Position numbers and translations under genes: made by a program
In this document: positions 9,150 to 20,800 of the stretch, in pieces
Numbering within the stretch: position 1 is the first letter of the stretch
How the letters are laid out: each line of letters begins with the position of its first letter
Notes under the pieces: generated by a model
Database searches by the model: none
What the model was told of the DNA's origin: nothing
The model's input: the letters and a program-made list of their open reading frames with translations, nothing else
Source of the DNA: an uncultured Chloroflexia bacterium
GTDB taxonomy: Bacteria; Chloroflexota; Chloroflexia; QHBQ01; JADMIH01
Assembly: GCA_963797095.1 (NCBI GenBank)
Contig: CAWCNY010000001.1
Span: 352,001-416,000, forward strand
Length of the DNA: 64,000 nt
Reading direction: 5' to 3'

Positions 9150-9556
9150 TGCAAAATCGCGTACAGCGATTGGCAGGGGTCGCTCACGTCTTGACGTAGA
9201 AATTCAACGCTCTTCACCTCCTCTCCTTTTCTGATTTTCGGTGTCGGAGCCCATAATGAGGACCATAAAGGCATGAAGACACCGGTGAGATCATAGCCAG
9301 TATATGTACCAATGGCCCGCATCGTCAACCCGGCAACACGGTGTGGCGACCGGGTCTAGTGCGGCTCACCCGGTTGCACCATCCTTCCGATCGTACTCCA
9401 AGGCCCAGACTGCAAATCTCTCTTCGGAGCGGTTGAGGGAGTGTGTGCAGAGTGTGCAAACACTGTGCAGAATGACCCTTCTGTATACCGACTCGAGTGT
9501 GCTCCTGCAAAAGCTGTAGGAGAACCGCATGAAACAAGCCCCTGCCAACGCCCTGT

Positions 9557-10818
9557 TGTAGTATGCGGTTTTGGCATCCGTGCTCCGCAACCCGCTCAGG
9601 ACCACCGCTGACGGCTGCGCGGCACAGGGCAGGTATCGCTTCTGCACTTCCCATAGTACGCTTTAGTATGCTTTACCTGCTAATCGCTCAACTCGTCTCT
9701 CTATCCCTTGACCTGTTCACTATCAGCCCGCGCTCCGAGCGCCACCAAGACCTCCAGATCCTGCTCCTCCGTCAACAACTGCGCATCGTCCAATGCCGTC
9801 ATCCTACCACCCTCGTATCTCTCGGTGGGAGAAACTCGGTCTCGCTGTTGTTGCTGCTAGACTCACATCTCTTGGACGGAAGGGACGCGAATGCTTGAAC
9901 CAGGCATCCCTCCTATTCAAGCCCGACACTGTCCTGCGCCGGCACCGGGAACTGGTCAGGCGCAAGTGGACTTTCAAACAACAGCCTTTTCGCCCTCGTC
10001 GCGCTACCGCCCCCGAACTGGTTAACCTCCTGCTACGCCTGGCCACTGAGAACCCGAGTTGGGGTTATAGCAAGCTCCAAGGGGAGATGATCAGACTCGG
10101 TTATAGGATTGGACGCTCGACTGTCAGAGACATACTGAAACGCCAACACGTACGGCCGACTCCTGAACGAGGAAGACCAGGAAGCACCTGGCGCTCGTTC
10201 CCGGGCCATTATCGAGAGCAATTCATCGCCTGCGATTTCTTTACCGTAGAAAACGGCTTGGCTGAAGACACTCTACGCACTTTTCTTCATAGAGTTGGGC
10301 AGTCGCCGACTGTATTTCGCAGGCTGCACCGCTCATCCCACAGTGGAGTGGGTCACCCAACAAGCACGCCAACTATCCTGGACACTGCAGGGAGAGGAGG
10401 GAGAGGAGGAACAGCGCTTGCCAATCCGGTTCTTGATCCACGACGGGACGCCAAGTTCACCTCTTCCTTTGATAGGGTGTTCACTGCCGAAGGCATCAAG
10501 ATTGTGCGAACTCCCTGCAGGGCACCCAGGGCGAATGCATATGCCGAACGCTGGATTCGCTCAACCCGAGAGGAGTGCCTCGACCGCCTGTTGATCCTGA
10601 GCGAAGCACATGTGCGGCGGGTACTCAGGGAATACGTGGACTACTACAATCGCTGTCGTCCGCACCAAGGTATCGACCAACGCTGCCCGATACCAATAGA
10701 GGGGAACTGTAAAGAAGGCTCTGTGAAATGCCGCAATATCCTGGGAGGCATCATCCACGACTATATCGAGAGGCGGCCTGACCGAATCTGAGCGTGGATC
10801 GGGTTACCGCACACTACA
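9557..10818 (+). mobile_element. IS with rve integrase-core (DDE) transposase, frameshifted
   Basis: Imperfect TIRs TGTAGTATGCGGT / ACCGCACACTACA; ENPSWGY, ACDFFTV, RANAYAERWIRS.R.ECLD, YYN..RPHQG; at least 3 frame changes. Confidence 0.88.
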
Positions 10819-10842
10819 CGCATCGCCCTGATGAGGCGTGTG

Positions 10843-11229
10843 TTATGAGGCTTTTCGCATAGCCATGAAATACTGAGTATGGAGCACCTGGCGCAGCATC
10901 AGCCGCAGTGGTGGCGGAAAGGCAGGCAGAGCAACCTTGCGTTTGGCCGGGGTGGGTGCCTGGAGGTCGTACGATTTGCCGTGCCAGAGAAGGGTGCAGC
11001 GTTCGGCTGCCAGCACGTTACGATACCAATCCACGTCTCGCCCATAGGTGAGGGCAAATATGAAGCCGTCTCCAAACGGCTCAACGATCACAGGTGTTTT
11101 GTAGCTCCTGCCGCTGCTGCGCCCGGTATGGCGAACCACGGATATCGGGCTGTGTGCCGCGCCCGCGAATTTGAGCATCAATGGATTGAGAAGGTGTTTG
11201 TTGAAGGAGAAGATCAGATCGAGCGCCAT
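10843..11229 (-). CDS. Deazaflavin (F420)-dependent nitroreductase-family protein
   Basis: HTGRSSGRSYKTPV and LTYG..VDWYRNVLAA motifs. Confidence 0.88.
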   Translation of the reverse strand: MALDLIFSFNKHLLNPLMLKFAGAAHSPISVVRHTGRSSGRSYKTPVIVEPFGDGFIFALTYGRDVDWYRNVLAAERCTLLWHGKSYDLQAPTPAKRKVALPAFPPPLRLMLRQVLHTQYFMAMRKAS

Positions 11230-11244
11230 ACTATCTTCCTAGGC

Positions 11245-14052
11245 TTACTTGCCACTTGCTGCCTGTGAGTTAATACAACCGGCAAGAAAGGTGCCAGCCA
11301 CTATCTTGGCGGCCTGCCCCCTGGTGACGTCGTTGCCGGGGCGGAAGTAGGGGAGGTTATCGGGAGCGACGCAAGGCTCGCCAGCGCCGCCGCATTGGTA
11401 GCCGCTAATCAGGTCGAGCCAGGCCATTGTTTCGACCCAGGGAAAGAAAGTTTGGTCAGGTGGCACATCTTCGAATCTTTGCTCGCCGGGCGGTGGGTCG
11501 GGGAAGGCGGCAGTGCCGGCCACTATCTTGGCGGCCTGCCCCCTGGTGACGTCGTTGCCGGGGCGGAAATAGGGGAGGTTATCGGGAGCGACGCAAGGCT
11601 CGCCAGCGCCGCCGCATTGGTAGCCGCTTACAAGCCCTCGCGCGGTAAGGTGCTCAATATAGGGGTAGAAGCTTGAGCCGGGCGGCACGTCGTGATAGGT
11701 CTGGCCCGTCACAGGCTCGGTGAAGCCTGCGGCGTTGGCAACGATCTTGGCGAGTTGCCCCCTGGTGGTCGGGTTATTGGGCCGGAAGGTTTCATCATCA
11801 TAGCCGCTGACCAGGCCCTCGCACACGAGGCAGCGAATGTAAGGATAGAACGTGCTGCCGGGCGGAACATCGGTGAAATGTGTTGTGCAGGATACAGGTG
11901 TGGGGGTTGGGCCGGGCAGGTCCGTGATCTTGAGGACAAACGCGTCGGGGCTTCCGGCATTGACGGGTTGGAGCGGGTTGGCGGTGGGGAAGTCGGAGGA
12001 GCGGGTGAGGCCTGCGGTGTAGACATTGCCGTGCCCATCCACTGCTATGCGCCACGCGAAATCTTCCTCGCTCCCTCCCAGATAGGTTGAGAAGAGGAGC
12101 ACGCCCAACGGATCGAACATCGAGACGGAGGCATCGCTGTTGCCGCCATATGTAGATTGGATGGGATTAGCCAGCGGGAAGTCGGTGGAATCGGTCAATG
12201 ATGAGATATAGGTATCGCCCTCGGGGTCCGACGCGATGCCGTAGGGCGCATCGTAGGAGCCGTTGCCGCCCAGGTATGTAGAGTAGACTATCCAGGAGCC
12301 GCTTGGCGCGAGACGCGTCACGAACCCGTCGAGGGCAGCGCCCTTGACAGGCTGGATCGCCTGCCTCACCGGGAAGTCGGGCGAGTCTGTCACCCCGGTC
12401 AGGAAAGCATCGCCCACGCCCGACAGGGCCACCCCCCACGGAACCTCATCGCCGCTCCCTCCCAGGTAAGTTGAGTAGGCAAGCGCATCGCCTGCACGCG
12501 TCAGCTTGGTGACAACCACATCTTCGCCCCCCCGGTTGGTGGGCTGGTAGGGGTTGTGCAGCGGGTAATCGGTGGAGTGTGAGCCGCCTGAAATGTAGGC
12601 GGTGCCATCGAGGTCGACCGCTATGCCCAGCGATTCCTCGTCGGCGCTTCCGCCCAGGTAGGTTGAGTAGACGAGGTTTTGCCCGGAGATGTCGAGCTTG
12701 GTGACGAATATATCTTTGCCCCCCGCGTTGGCAGGCTGGTAGGGATTAGTGGTGGGGAAGTCGGTGGAGGCGGTCTTTCCTGTGACGTAGGCATAACCAT
12801 CCCTCTGAGCTATATGCCAGGCTTCATCGTCGCCTGTGCCTCCAAGATAAGTGGCATAGTCGAGGGCCGCGCCCTTCGCATTGATCTTGACTACAACCAC
12901 ATCTTCGCCCCCGGCGCGGGTGGGCTGGAAGGCGTTTACCACGGGGAAATCGTCCGATGTGGTCGAGCCTGCGAGGTACGCGTTGCCGGAGTCATCGACC
13001 GCTATGCCCCAGGAGATCTCCGATTGCGAGCCGCCCAGGTAGGTTGAGTAGACAAGGACCGTGCCTTCCGCGTTGATCTTGGTGATGAATAGGTCGGTGT
13101 TGCCCGCGTAGGACGGTTGAAAGGGGTCCATAAGAGGGAAGTTGGTTGAGGAGGTCGGGCCGGTTACATAGGTGTTCCCATCGCTATCTACCGCGATGCC
13201 GATACCCGAATCGCTGCCAGCGCCGCCGAGGTATGTCGAGTAGGCAAGCGTGGGGTCTATGACGAGCGGAACGCCATGATCATAGGAGCCGGTGCGGAAA
13301 CCGACGCTGCCGTCAGCGTAGACGACATATCCCACTGAGACATCTACCTTTTGATTGTCTATCTGTTGCCAGGCGACCGGCGCAAGCTCCCTCAACTGCG
13401 TCTGCCCGGCGGAAAGTATTAGCTCATCGTTATCCAGAACAGGGGAATTGGTGCTGCTGTAGCGCCATCTTATGGTTGTTGGGTCGGTGCCGGGCGGCAC
13501 CATGTATGTGCCTTTGAGGTTGCTTGCCGAGCCTTCATATTCCAGGTCGATACCAGGGTAGAGATTCCTATAGGTCAGCTTCCCGTAGGTGGGCAGGTTG
13601 GTATGCCAGCGGGCCGGATCGTTGCCCATGAGATAGCTGACCTTACCTGGCAGCTCTTCTGACTGTTCCAGGCTGGCGGCAGGGTTCGCGCCCAGGAACT
13701 CCATACCGAGCCGGTCAATAGAGGAAACTTGCCGGCTGTATGAAGGTAAGTCGTCGCCGGTTGCTTCGAGCAGGAGGGTGACAGAGGTTTGAGCGAACAG
13801 TAGAGTGCTTTGCCCACCATGGGCGACGTAGCGTACGGCAGGATCGGCCTGGCCGCCATTTGGCTCAAACGCCATGGGCAGCTTGCTGGGGGTATCAGGC
13901 GCCGAGCGATTGCGTTGCGTGCCCGGAACGATCCTGGAGTCGAGGCGTGGTGCCTGGGAGCTAAGAAGTGCGATAGCGACGAGAGCAACTATGGAGACGG
14001 AGACCAGGCACCGCTGGCCGAGGCTCCCCCGATGACTCAGGAGTGCCGACAT
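11245..14052 (-). CDS. Secreted SBBP-repeat beta-propeller protein with C-terminal SLH domains
   Basis: Signal-like N-terminus; FEPNGGQ; repeated YSTYLGGS..D...GIAVD..G..Y..G.T.S.DFP; PT linker; FTDVPPGS / TRGQ.AKIV SLH repeats. Confidence 0.92.
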   Translation of the reverse strand: MSALLSHRGSLGQRCLVSVSIVALVAIALLSSQAPRLDSRIVPGTQRNRSAPDTPSKLPMAFEPNGGQADPAVRYVAHGGQSTLLFAQTSVTLLLEATGDDLPSYSRQVSSIDRLGMEFLGANPAASLEQSEELPGKVSYLMGNDPARWHTNLPTYGKLTYRNLYPGIDLEYEGSASNLKGTYMVPPGTDPTTIRWRYSSTNSPVLDNDELILSAGQTQLRELAPVAWQQIDNQKVDVSVGYVVYADGSVGFRTGSYDHGVPLVIDPTLAYSTYLGGAGSDSGIGIAVDSDGNTYVTGPTSSTNFPLMDPFQPSYAGNTDLFITKINAEGTVLVYSTYLGGSQSEISWGIAVDDSGNAYLAGSTTSDDFPVVNAFQPTRAGGEDVVVVKINAKGAALDYATYLGGTGDDEAWHIAQRDGYAYVTGKTASTDFPTTNPYQPANAGGKDIFVTKLDISGQNLVYSTYLGGSADEESLGIAVDLDGTAYISGGSHSTDYPLHNPYQPTNRGGEDVVVTKLTRAGDALAYSTYLGGSGDEVPWGVALSGVGDAFLTGVTDSPDFPVRQAIQPVKGAALDGFVTRLAPSGSWIVYSTYLGGNGSYDAPYGIASDPEGDTYISSLTDSTDFPLANPIQSTYGGNSDASVSMFDPLGVLLFSTYLGGSEEDFAWRIAVDGHGNVYTAGLTRSSDFPTANPLQPVNAGSPDAFVLKITDLPGPTPTPVSCTTHFTDVPPGSTFYPYIRCLVCEGLVSGYDDETFRPNNPTTRGQLAKIVANAAGFTEPVTGQTYHDVPPGSSFYPYIEHLTARGLVSGYQCGGAGEPCVAPDNLPYFRPGNDVTRGQAAKIVAGTAAFPDPPPGEQRFEDVPPDQTFFPWVETMAWLDLISGYQCGGAGEPCVAPDNLPYFRPGNDVTRGQAAKIVAGTFLAGCINSQAASGK

Positions 14053-14387
14053 GTCCTTCCTCCACGGATGGACAGAATATCAATTGGTGCCGGCTGAGCA
14101 TATTTTGCGCCTGGGTGCTCAAGCTTGTTGGTGTCAGAATGTGAGAGCGCAGTTCGGCTGGATACAGGATACCACAAAGTGGCTCAAGCCATCCTGAGAA
14201 TCGCCTCTCTGCAATCAAAGTGTGGAGTGCAACGCTTTCTTGGCTAATGAAGGGCCTGGATGAGGCAAGTAGCCAGCACAGGCGCTCTGGAGGGCCGCTG
14301 GATAAACGTGTTGATCACAGATCGCCTCACTGCTGAGCACCTGACAAGGAAAGTGGAGGGACGTATTGCCCAGCCTCTGGTGGTAGG

Positions 14388-17093
14388 ATGACTAACTCCG
14401 CGCCGGATCTTCCCGCATATAAGAACGCCCTCCTGCCATTCGCGCAGCGGGTCGATGATCTCATCTCTCGGATGTCGCCGAGGCAGAAGTTGGCCCAGCT
14501 AAACTGCGCCCCGCTCGTTTTCATGCAGCCCGAGCGCAAAGAGGCCGTCATGGGCCAGGGTATGGGCCACTTTTCTTTATCGGTCTCCTCGGGCGAATCG
14601 ATCGAGCAGAACATCGCCCTCGTCGAAGAGGTGCAGAGCTACTTGGTCGAGCAGACTGAGCTGGGCATCCCGGCTATCGTGCATACAGAGGCGCTCTCGG
14701 GAGCGATGCTCGTTGGTGCAACCAATTTCCCCGGTGCCATAGCCCTCGCGGCCACCAGGGATCCTGAAGGCATCGAGGCGATGGGCCGGGTTATCGCCAG
14801 GCAGCTCGTGCCGCTGGGCATCAGGCACGTCCTTCCGCCGGTGATGGACGTGGCGCGCGACCCACGCTGGGGTCGCATCGGCGAAACCTACGGCGAAGAT
14901 GTGGCCCTGGTCGCCCGCATGAGCGTGGCCTTCGTGCGGGGGGTGCAGGGCAATGATCTCTCCGCCGGCGTTGCTGCGACCGGCAAGCATTTTCTCGGCT
15001 ATGCCATGACCGAGGGTGCGATGAACACTACCTTGGAACGTCTCGGCCCACGGGAGCTACGTGAGGTATATGGCAAACCGTTCGCGGCGGCTATCCGCGA
15101 GGCGGGGCTCGCCACGATGATGAACTCCTACAGCACCCTGGACGGTGTGCCGATCGTCGCATCGCCGGCGATACTGACCGACCTACTGCGCGGGGAGCTG
15201 GGCTTCAACGGCATGACGATCTCAGATTACGGCGCGATAAACAAGCTCGTGGTGCCACTTAGGATCGTGGACGACTATACCGAGGCGGGTATCCAAGCGC
15301 TACAGGCCGGTATGGATGTCGAGGCGCCCGAGGTGGCGGCCTACGGCGCGGGATTGCTGGAGGCAATAGAAGATGGCCGGGTGTCGACGGAGATCCTCGA
15401 CCGTGCGGTGCGTCGCGTGCTCGAGTTGAGGTTCAGGCTCGGACTCTTCGAGCACCCATACCCGGATCGAGAGGCCATCTCCCGTGCCTATGCCCGGCCC
15501 GAGGAAGATGAGCTCTTCTACCGCCTGGCTAGGGAGGCGATAGTGCTGTTGGAGAACAAAGGGGGTTTATTACCTCTATCGACCGAGTTGCATAGCGTAG
15601 CCGTGATTGGGCCGAACGCCGACGTCCTGCGCAACTTGTTCGGAGGCTACTCCTACCCAGCTGCACTAGAAGCCACTTCCGGCAATGCTGCCCCTCAGGG
15701 AGTAGATATGGACTCGGCTGCGGCCCTTGAAAGCCCAACCCAGGATCACAAGAACGCAGCGGGGCTTGAAACCAGGCTGGCCGGTTTGTACCCGCGCGCC
15801 GTCACCGTGCTCGACGCGATCGGCGCGAAGGTACCGGGCGCCACGATCTCGTATTCGCGGGGCTGCGCCTTGAAGGGCGATGACCGCTCGGGCTTCGATG
15901 ACCGCTCGGGCTTCAATGAGGCCGTACAGCAGGCCGAGCAGGCCGAACTGGTGATCCTGGTCGTAGGGGACGAAGAAGGCTGGCACCCGGAGAACTCCAC
16001 CATCGGTGAAGGTTTTGATGGCAGTACGATCGGGTTGCCGGGTATGCAGGAGGAACTGGTGCGTGCCGTCTTCGGCACCGGTAAGCCTGTTGTGCTAGTG
16101 AATGTGAGCCCGCGCCCCTTAAGCAGCCCCTGGATCGCCGAGCATGTTCCTGCGATCTTGCAGGCTTGGTACCCGGGGCAGAGTGGCGGAGCAGCCATTG
16201 CCGACGTGCTGTTCGGCGACTACAACCCGGGCGGCAAGCTGCCTATGAGCGCGGCCCGAGACACCGGGCAGCTACCGGTCTATTACGCTCACCAACGTGG
16301 TTCGGGTTACGAGGGGCGCTCGCTATGGCCGTGGGCTCCCCTGGCCGGATACGTGGACGGCACCGCCCAGCCCCTCTACGCCTTCGGGCATGGCCTTTCC
16401 TATACGCAGTTCACGTATTCGGCGCTAATGATTGAAAACTCAGAAGTTCCGAGCGACGGCACGGTCGATATCTCCTGCATCGTCAGAAACATAGGCGAGA
16501 GGGAAGGGGACGAGGTTGTGCAGCTCTACATCTCCGACAATTTTGCCTCGGTTGCAAGGCCCGTCAAGGAACTCGTGGGCTTTCGGCGGGTCAAGCTGGC
16601 CGCAGGTCAAAGCCGAAGGTTGCACTTTACCGTGAAGCTGAGCCAGCTGGCCTTCCTCGACCGCAAGATGCGCTGGGTGGTCGAGCCCGGCGAGATGGAG
16701 GTGCTGGTTGGCTCATCATCGCAGGACATTCGGCTGCAAGGGAGTTTTACTATCGTTGGTGAGACCAGGGAGGCCGGGGCTGAGCGCGCGTTCTATGCCT
16801 CTGCCAGCGACGAGTTACTGGTGGGCTACGCGCCCGCTACAGTGACCGCCACGGACATGGCCAGCGCGGCACATAACACCTTTTCCCTGGACACAAAGGT
16901 CGGCGACCTGCTTGCCAACCAGGCGGCACGAGAGGTACTGGAACGGCAAGTGCCTGGTCTGCTCGACAACCAGGCGATGCTGGAAAGGGTCAAGTCGCTG
17001 ACGATGCGACAGGTAGGAGCTATACCGATACCCGCAGTCGAACCCAAGCGGCTGCGGGCTGTGGCTGCGGACCTAGCTGCGCTCGAGGGTTGA
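14388..17093 (+). CDS. GH3 beta-glucosidase/xylosidase with Fn3-like domain and extra C-terminal domain
   Basis: DVARDPRWGRIGETYGED, KHF, ISDY nucleophile, NPGGKLP, FGHGLSYT, GDEVVQLY, RPVKEL.GF. Confidence 0.95.
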   Translation: MTNSAPDLPAYKNALLPFAQRVDDLISRMSPRQKLAQLNCAPLVFMQPERKEAVMGQGMGHFSLSVSSGESIEQNIALVEEVQSYLVEQTELGIPAIVHTEALSGAMLVGATNFPGAIALAATRDPEGIEAMGRVIARQLVPLGIRHVLPPVMDVARDPRWGRIGETYGEDVALVARMSVAFVRGVQGNDLSAGVAATGKHFLGYAMTEGAMNTTLERLGPRELREVYGKPFAAAIREAGLATMMNSYSTLDGVPIVASPAILTDLLRGELGFNGMTISDYGAINKLVVPLRIVDDYTEAGIQALQAGMDVEAPEVAAYGAGLLEAIEDGRVSTEILDRAVRRVLELRFRLGLFEHPYPDREAISRAYARPEEDELFYRLAREAIVLLENKGGLLPLSTELHSVAVIGPNADVLRNLFGGYSYPAALEATSGNAAPQGVDMDSAAALESPTQDHKNAAGLETRLAGLYPRAVTVLDAIGAKVPGATISYSRGCALKGDDRSGFDDRSGFNEAVQQAEQAELVILVVGDEEGWHPENSTIGEGFDGSTIGLPGMQEELVRAVFGTGKPVVLVNVSPRPLSSPWIAEHVPAILQAWYPGQSGGAAIADVLFGDYNPGGKLPMSAARDTGQLPVYYAHQRGSGYEGRSLWPWAPLAGYVDGTAQPLYAFGHGLSYTQFTYSALMIENSEVPSDGTVDISCIVRNIGEREGDEVVQLYISDNFASVARPVKELVGFRRVKLAAGQSRRLHFTVKLSQLAFLDRKMRWVVEPGEMEVLVGSSSQDIRLQGSFTIVGETREAGAERAFYASASDELLVGYAPATVTATDMASAAHNTFSLDTKVGDLLANQAAREVLERQVPGLLDNQAMLERVKSLTMRQVGAIPIPAVEPKRLRAVAADLAALEG

Positions 17094-17137
17094 TCAAGAG
17101 ATACAGAGGGCAAGAGGATATCACCTACTGATACCGC

Positions 17138-18950
17138 TTACGGACTAGGTGCCGTGGACGGGCGAGAGGGCGAGCCGGCCTCAGATGAGCCGCGCAAGGG
17201 GTAAAGCCTCACTACCCGACCCTCCAACGGAAGTGAAATGGCCCCATCATAAGTCTTAACCTCCAGTCGCCCCTGGCGGACGTAGGCCAGCAGGCCGCGA
17301 CCGAAGCTCCAGCCCTGGCCTGATCCGGTATACGGCCCCATTTCTCTCCCACTATCCGTGGCATCAACAGAGGAAATCAGCTCTACCGGGGCACCGCTAG
17401 TGGCAGATGTAGCGGGCAGATACGTAAAGCGCCGGCAGTGAGCTGGTGGCCATACTGTTGAGGGGGAGTAGCACACCTCCGCTGAGGCTGAACACCTGTA
17501 GCGGTGCTACAAAATCGATCTGACCGGTCGTCCAGATCGTCCTGCCCGGGTCGTCCGGGTCGACCAGCCTCAACTCGCCGTCGGGATAGGTTCTGCGCTC
17601 GACCAGCAACTTGCCCGCAAACGGGCCGGACTCGATGAAGGCTGCGTCGTACCAGGCATTGCCCACGACTTGCTGATCGCGCCCACCAGCCGACATCAGC
17701 ACTTCGGGCGAGCGCTTCTGGCCATCTCTACCGCCTGGGTAGAGCAAGACGAGGCGGTGCTCTTCGGGTCCGGCTCCCACCGGCACCCACTCGTCTGCCA
17801 CCAGGAAGCGCCCGTCAGAGCTGAGCCAGGCCGCCTGCACTATGGCAGGGCGTTCGGCCACGAGCGAGAGATCGCCCTTCGAATCGCTTTCGTAGAGCAC
17901 CGTCTTCCGGCTGTTCCCCAGAGTATTGGTAAAGTCACCGACAACGAAGCGCTGCTTGCCGTCATCGGTCAGGATGGCCCAGGCAGGGTCCAGGGAGGGC
18001 ATACGTGTGACGATTTCGCTATCGTAAGCCTGGTAGGCGCGCGAATGGACTTGAATACCTCGGGTATAGGCGAGCCGTATGTCAAGAAGATCCTCGTTGC
18101 TCGCGGCGTAGCTCTCGCCTGTAGCGCCTGAGTCGTCGCAAGTGAAGCGGGCGAATTCGCGCAGGTCGAAAGCCAGTGGGCTGGCGGATAGCCTGTCGTT
18201 TCCATATTGGGCCACCATGAGAGTCCGCCGGCCCGGACCTGCGCCAGGATCGTCGAGAGGCCCAGTAGAGCTAGCTGTTCGGCTGGGCGAGGGCTCCCTG
18301 TCGAGTCCGGACGTGGAGGGCGTGTCGTAAACCAGGCAGGGGAACGAGCCGGTGCTGCGCACCTGGCTGGAGAGATCACTGCCGGGCAGATATTTCCAGC
18401 CGTCAGCGAGGTAGATATAGAGGCCGGGCGTGCCGGAACCGGGAGGATCGGGGGAGCGTACGGCTACAGTGCCGCTCAGTGCTAAGCTATATACCTGCTG
18501 CTCGATTTGCGCAGCGAGAGGATCGCTGTCTCGAAAACCGGGTTCGATGGCTTGAACCTGGCGGAAGTCGCGCAGAGAGGCAGCCCAGCGTCCTGCATCT
18601 CTTTCGGCAAGCGCGTCGGCATAAGCTGCGTCGCGCTAGCTGATCTGCTTGGAGGCGTCGATGGCACGAGCGACGGCCTGCGGAAAATCTCCGGCGGCGA
18701 GGAACGAGGCACGGGCAGCTTCCCAGTCATGAGCGGCGGCATAACGTTCACCGGCCTGGTAGTTGGACGTGGCCTCCTGCTGCTGCCACCAGTTCCAGCC
18801 GGCCCAGAGTGCGACACCAACCAGCAACAGCAGCCCCACGAGCACGTCGAAGCCACGCCATGACTGGGTCTTGCCGGCCCGCGTCTCTAGTTCGTCGGGT
18901 GTCTCGAAGTCTTCCGGCGCATCTTTCTCGCCTTCCTGGCCTTGCTCCAT
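17138..18950 (-). pseudogene. Membrane-anchored hypothetical protein (TM, TPR-like, propeller-like), split by frameshifts
   Basis: Consecutive same-strand ORFs 18636-18950 (TM helix), 17397-18362 and 17138-17476 in different frames. Confidence 0.55.
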
Positions 18951-18983
18951 TGCTTCCCTTTTTGCCCTTCACAGGGCGCGTCC

Positions 18984-20538
18984 TTACCCCAGTGTCACTA
19001 GCGTAACCGACATAGGCGCGAGTTGCAAGTACAGCTCGCCATTTGCTACTGACAACCCTTTTAGGGCAACAGGCTTCACGACGTTCGGTTCGTTGAAGGT
19101 ATTGTGTGCTCTCAAATCCAGTGCGGTAAGAACACGACCCAACACCTTGCTTGTGTCGTTGATGCCATGCAGTGCAACAGAAAGGTTCGCAACAGAGCGG
19201 CTGTCCATGTTACACATTGTCACATTGATCCGGCCCTCCGTATCTGCAGAAGCTGAGACGCTGACCTGGGGCAACTTTTCTTCGCCGTAGGTGTAAGCGG
19301 CAACGTTCTCAAGGGTCGTTTCCAGGAGTTGGGACCCTTGATGCACCTGGTACATATCGAATACGTGGTAAGTGGGGGTGAGAACAATCTTATCCTCTTC
19401 CGTCAGCACCAGCGCCTGCAGAACGTTCGCCGTCTGAGCGAGATTGGCCATATAGACCCGGTCGCTGTGGCTGTTGAAGATATTGAGCGTGACGCCCGCC
19501 ACGAGTGCATCACACAGTGAGTTTTGTTGGTAAAGGAAGTGCGGGTTCGTTCCAGGCTCCGCGTCATACCAGGTTCCCCATTCGTCGACAATCAGGCCTA
19601 CCCTCTTCTCAGGATCGTACCGATCCATGATCTCTGTGTGCTTACTCACCAGCTCTTCCATTACCAGTGCCTTTTTCAGAGTAACGAACCACTCCTCTTC
19701 CGTGAAGACGGTTGCCGACCCCTTCTTCTCCCAGGTGCCGGGCACTGTGTAATAATGTAGGCTCATTCCGTCCATGTAGCGAGCGGCCTGACGCATAAGC
19801 ACTTCGGCCCACTCGTAATCGAAGTCGCTTGCTCCGCAGGCGATCTTGTACAAGCGGTTGGAGCCGTAGTTTCGCGCAAAGGTCTGGTAGCGGCGGTACA
19901 CATCGGCATAGTACTCGGGGCGCATGCTGCCCCCGCAACCCCAGTTCTCGTTGCCAACGCCGAAGAACTTCACGTGCCACGGCTCCTCCCGACCGTTACG
20001 CCGTCGCCGGTTGGACATGGGCGAATCCCCGCTGGAGGTCATATATTCGAGCCACTCCTGCATCTCCTGCACGGTGCCGCTGCCGACATTGCCGACGATG
20101 TAAGGCTCGCAGCCCAGCAGCTCGCACAGCCGCAGAAACTCATGCGTGCCGAAGCTGTTGTCCTCGACCACCCCGCCCCAGTTATTGTTCAGCATGTACT
20201 TGCGCTCTTCACGCGCGCCCACGCCGTCTTTCCAGTGGTATTCGTCAGCGAAACAGCCGCCAGGCCAGCGCAGTACCGGCACCCGGATGCGGCGCAGTGC
20301 CTCCAGAACGTCGTTGCGGATACCTTCGGTGTTGGGAATAGCCGAGTTCGAGCCCAACCCAGATGCCTCCGTAGATACACCTCCCCAGATGCTCGGCAAA
20401 GTGCCCATAGATGAAGGGGCTGATCGTGCCTTTCTTCTTGGTGGCGTCGATACTAATCTTCGTGCTCTTGCTCTGGGCACCTGAGCTTCCGACCTGATCG
20501 CGGGCGGACGAAACGGAAAAATTCGAGGATGCTGGCAA
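18984..20538 (-). CDS. abfA: GH51 alpha-L-arabinofuranosidase, +1 frameshift near 20352
   Basis: [20 protein letters not shown] in one frame; [31 protein letters not shown] in the next; TTG start after AAGGAG. Confidence 0.92.
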
Positions 20539-20800
20539 AGTACGATCTCCTTTCCCCTTCGAGTGTATGGTCCAGGACAGCAACTGTCTGGAAGCGACTG
20601 TCTGGAGTAGTATCACCAGTAGTATCACCCAAACGCCCTAACTGGTCCACCCCGAGAGTCAGTCCTTTCTGGTGCAGGATTGGCGGTAGGCGCCACGGTC
20701 GCGCTCGGTAAGTAGGCCTTCGAGGAACAGATATCCCTACTGCTACCGGGATCCTGGGCAAGTTCGGGCGTGAAAGTTAGGGACGGGGCTATCCATAGTC

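Noticed and set aside
9073-9187. Plus-strand resemblance to an SAH riboswitch (GAGCG...CCAGG...CGCTC)
   Set aside because: Points away from the operon, lacks the CAACGRCG segment and has atypical spacing.
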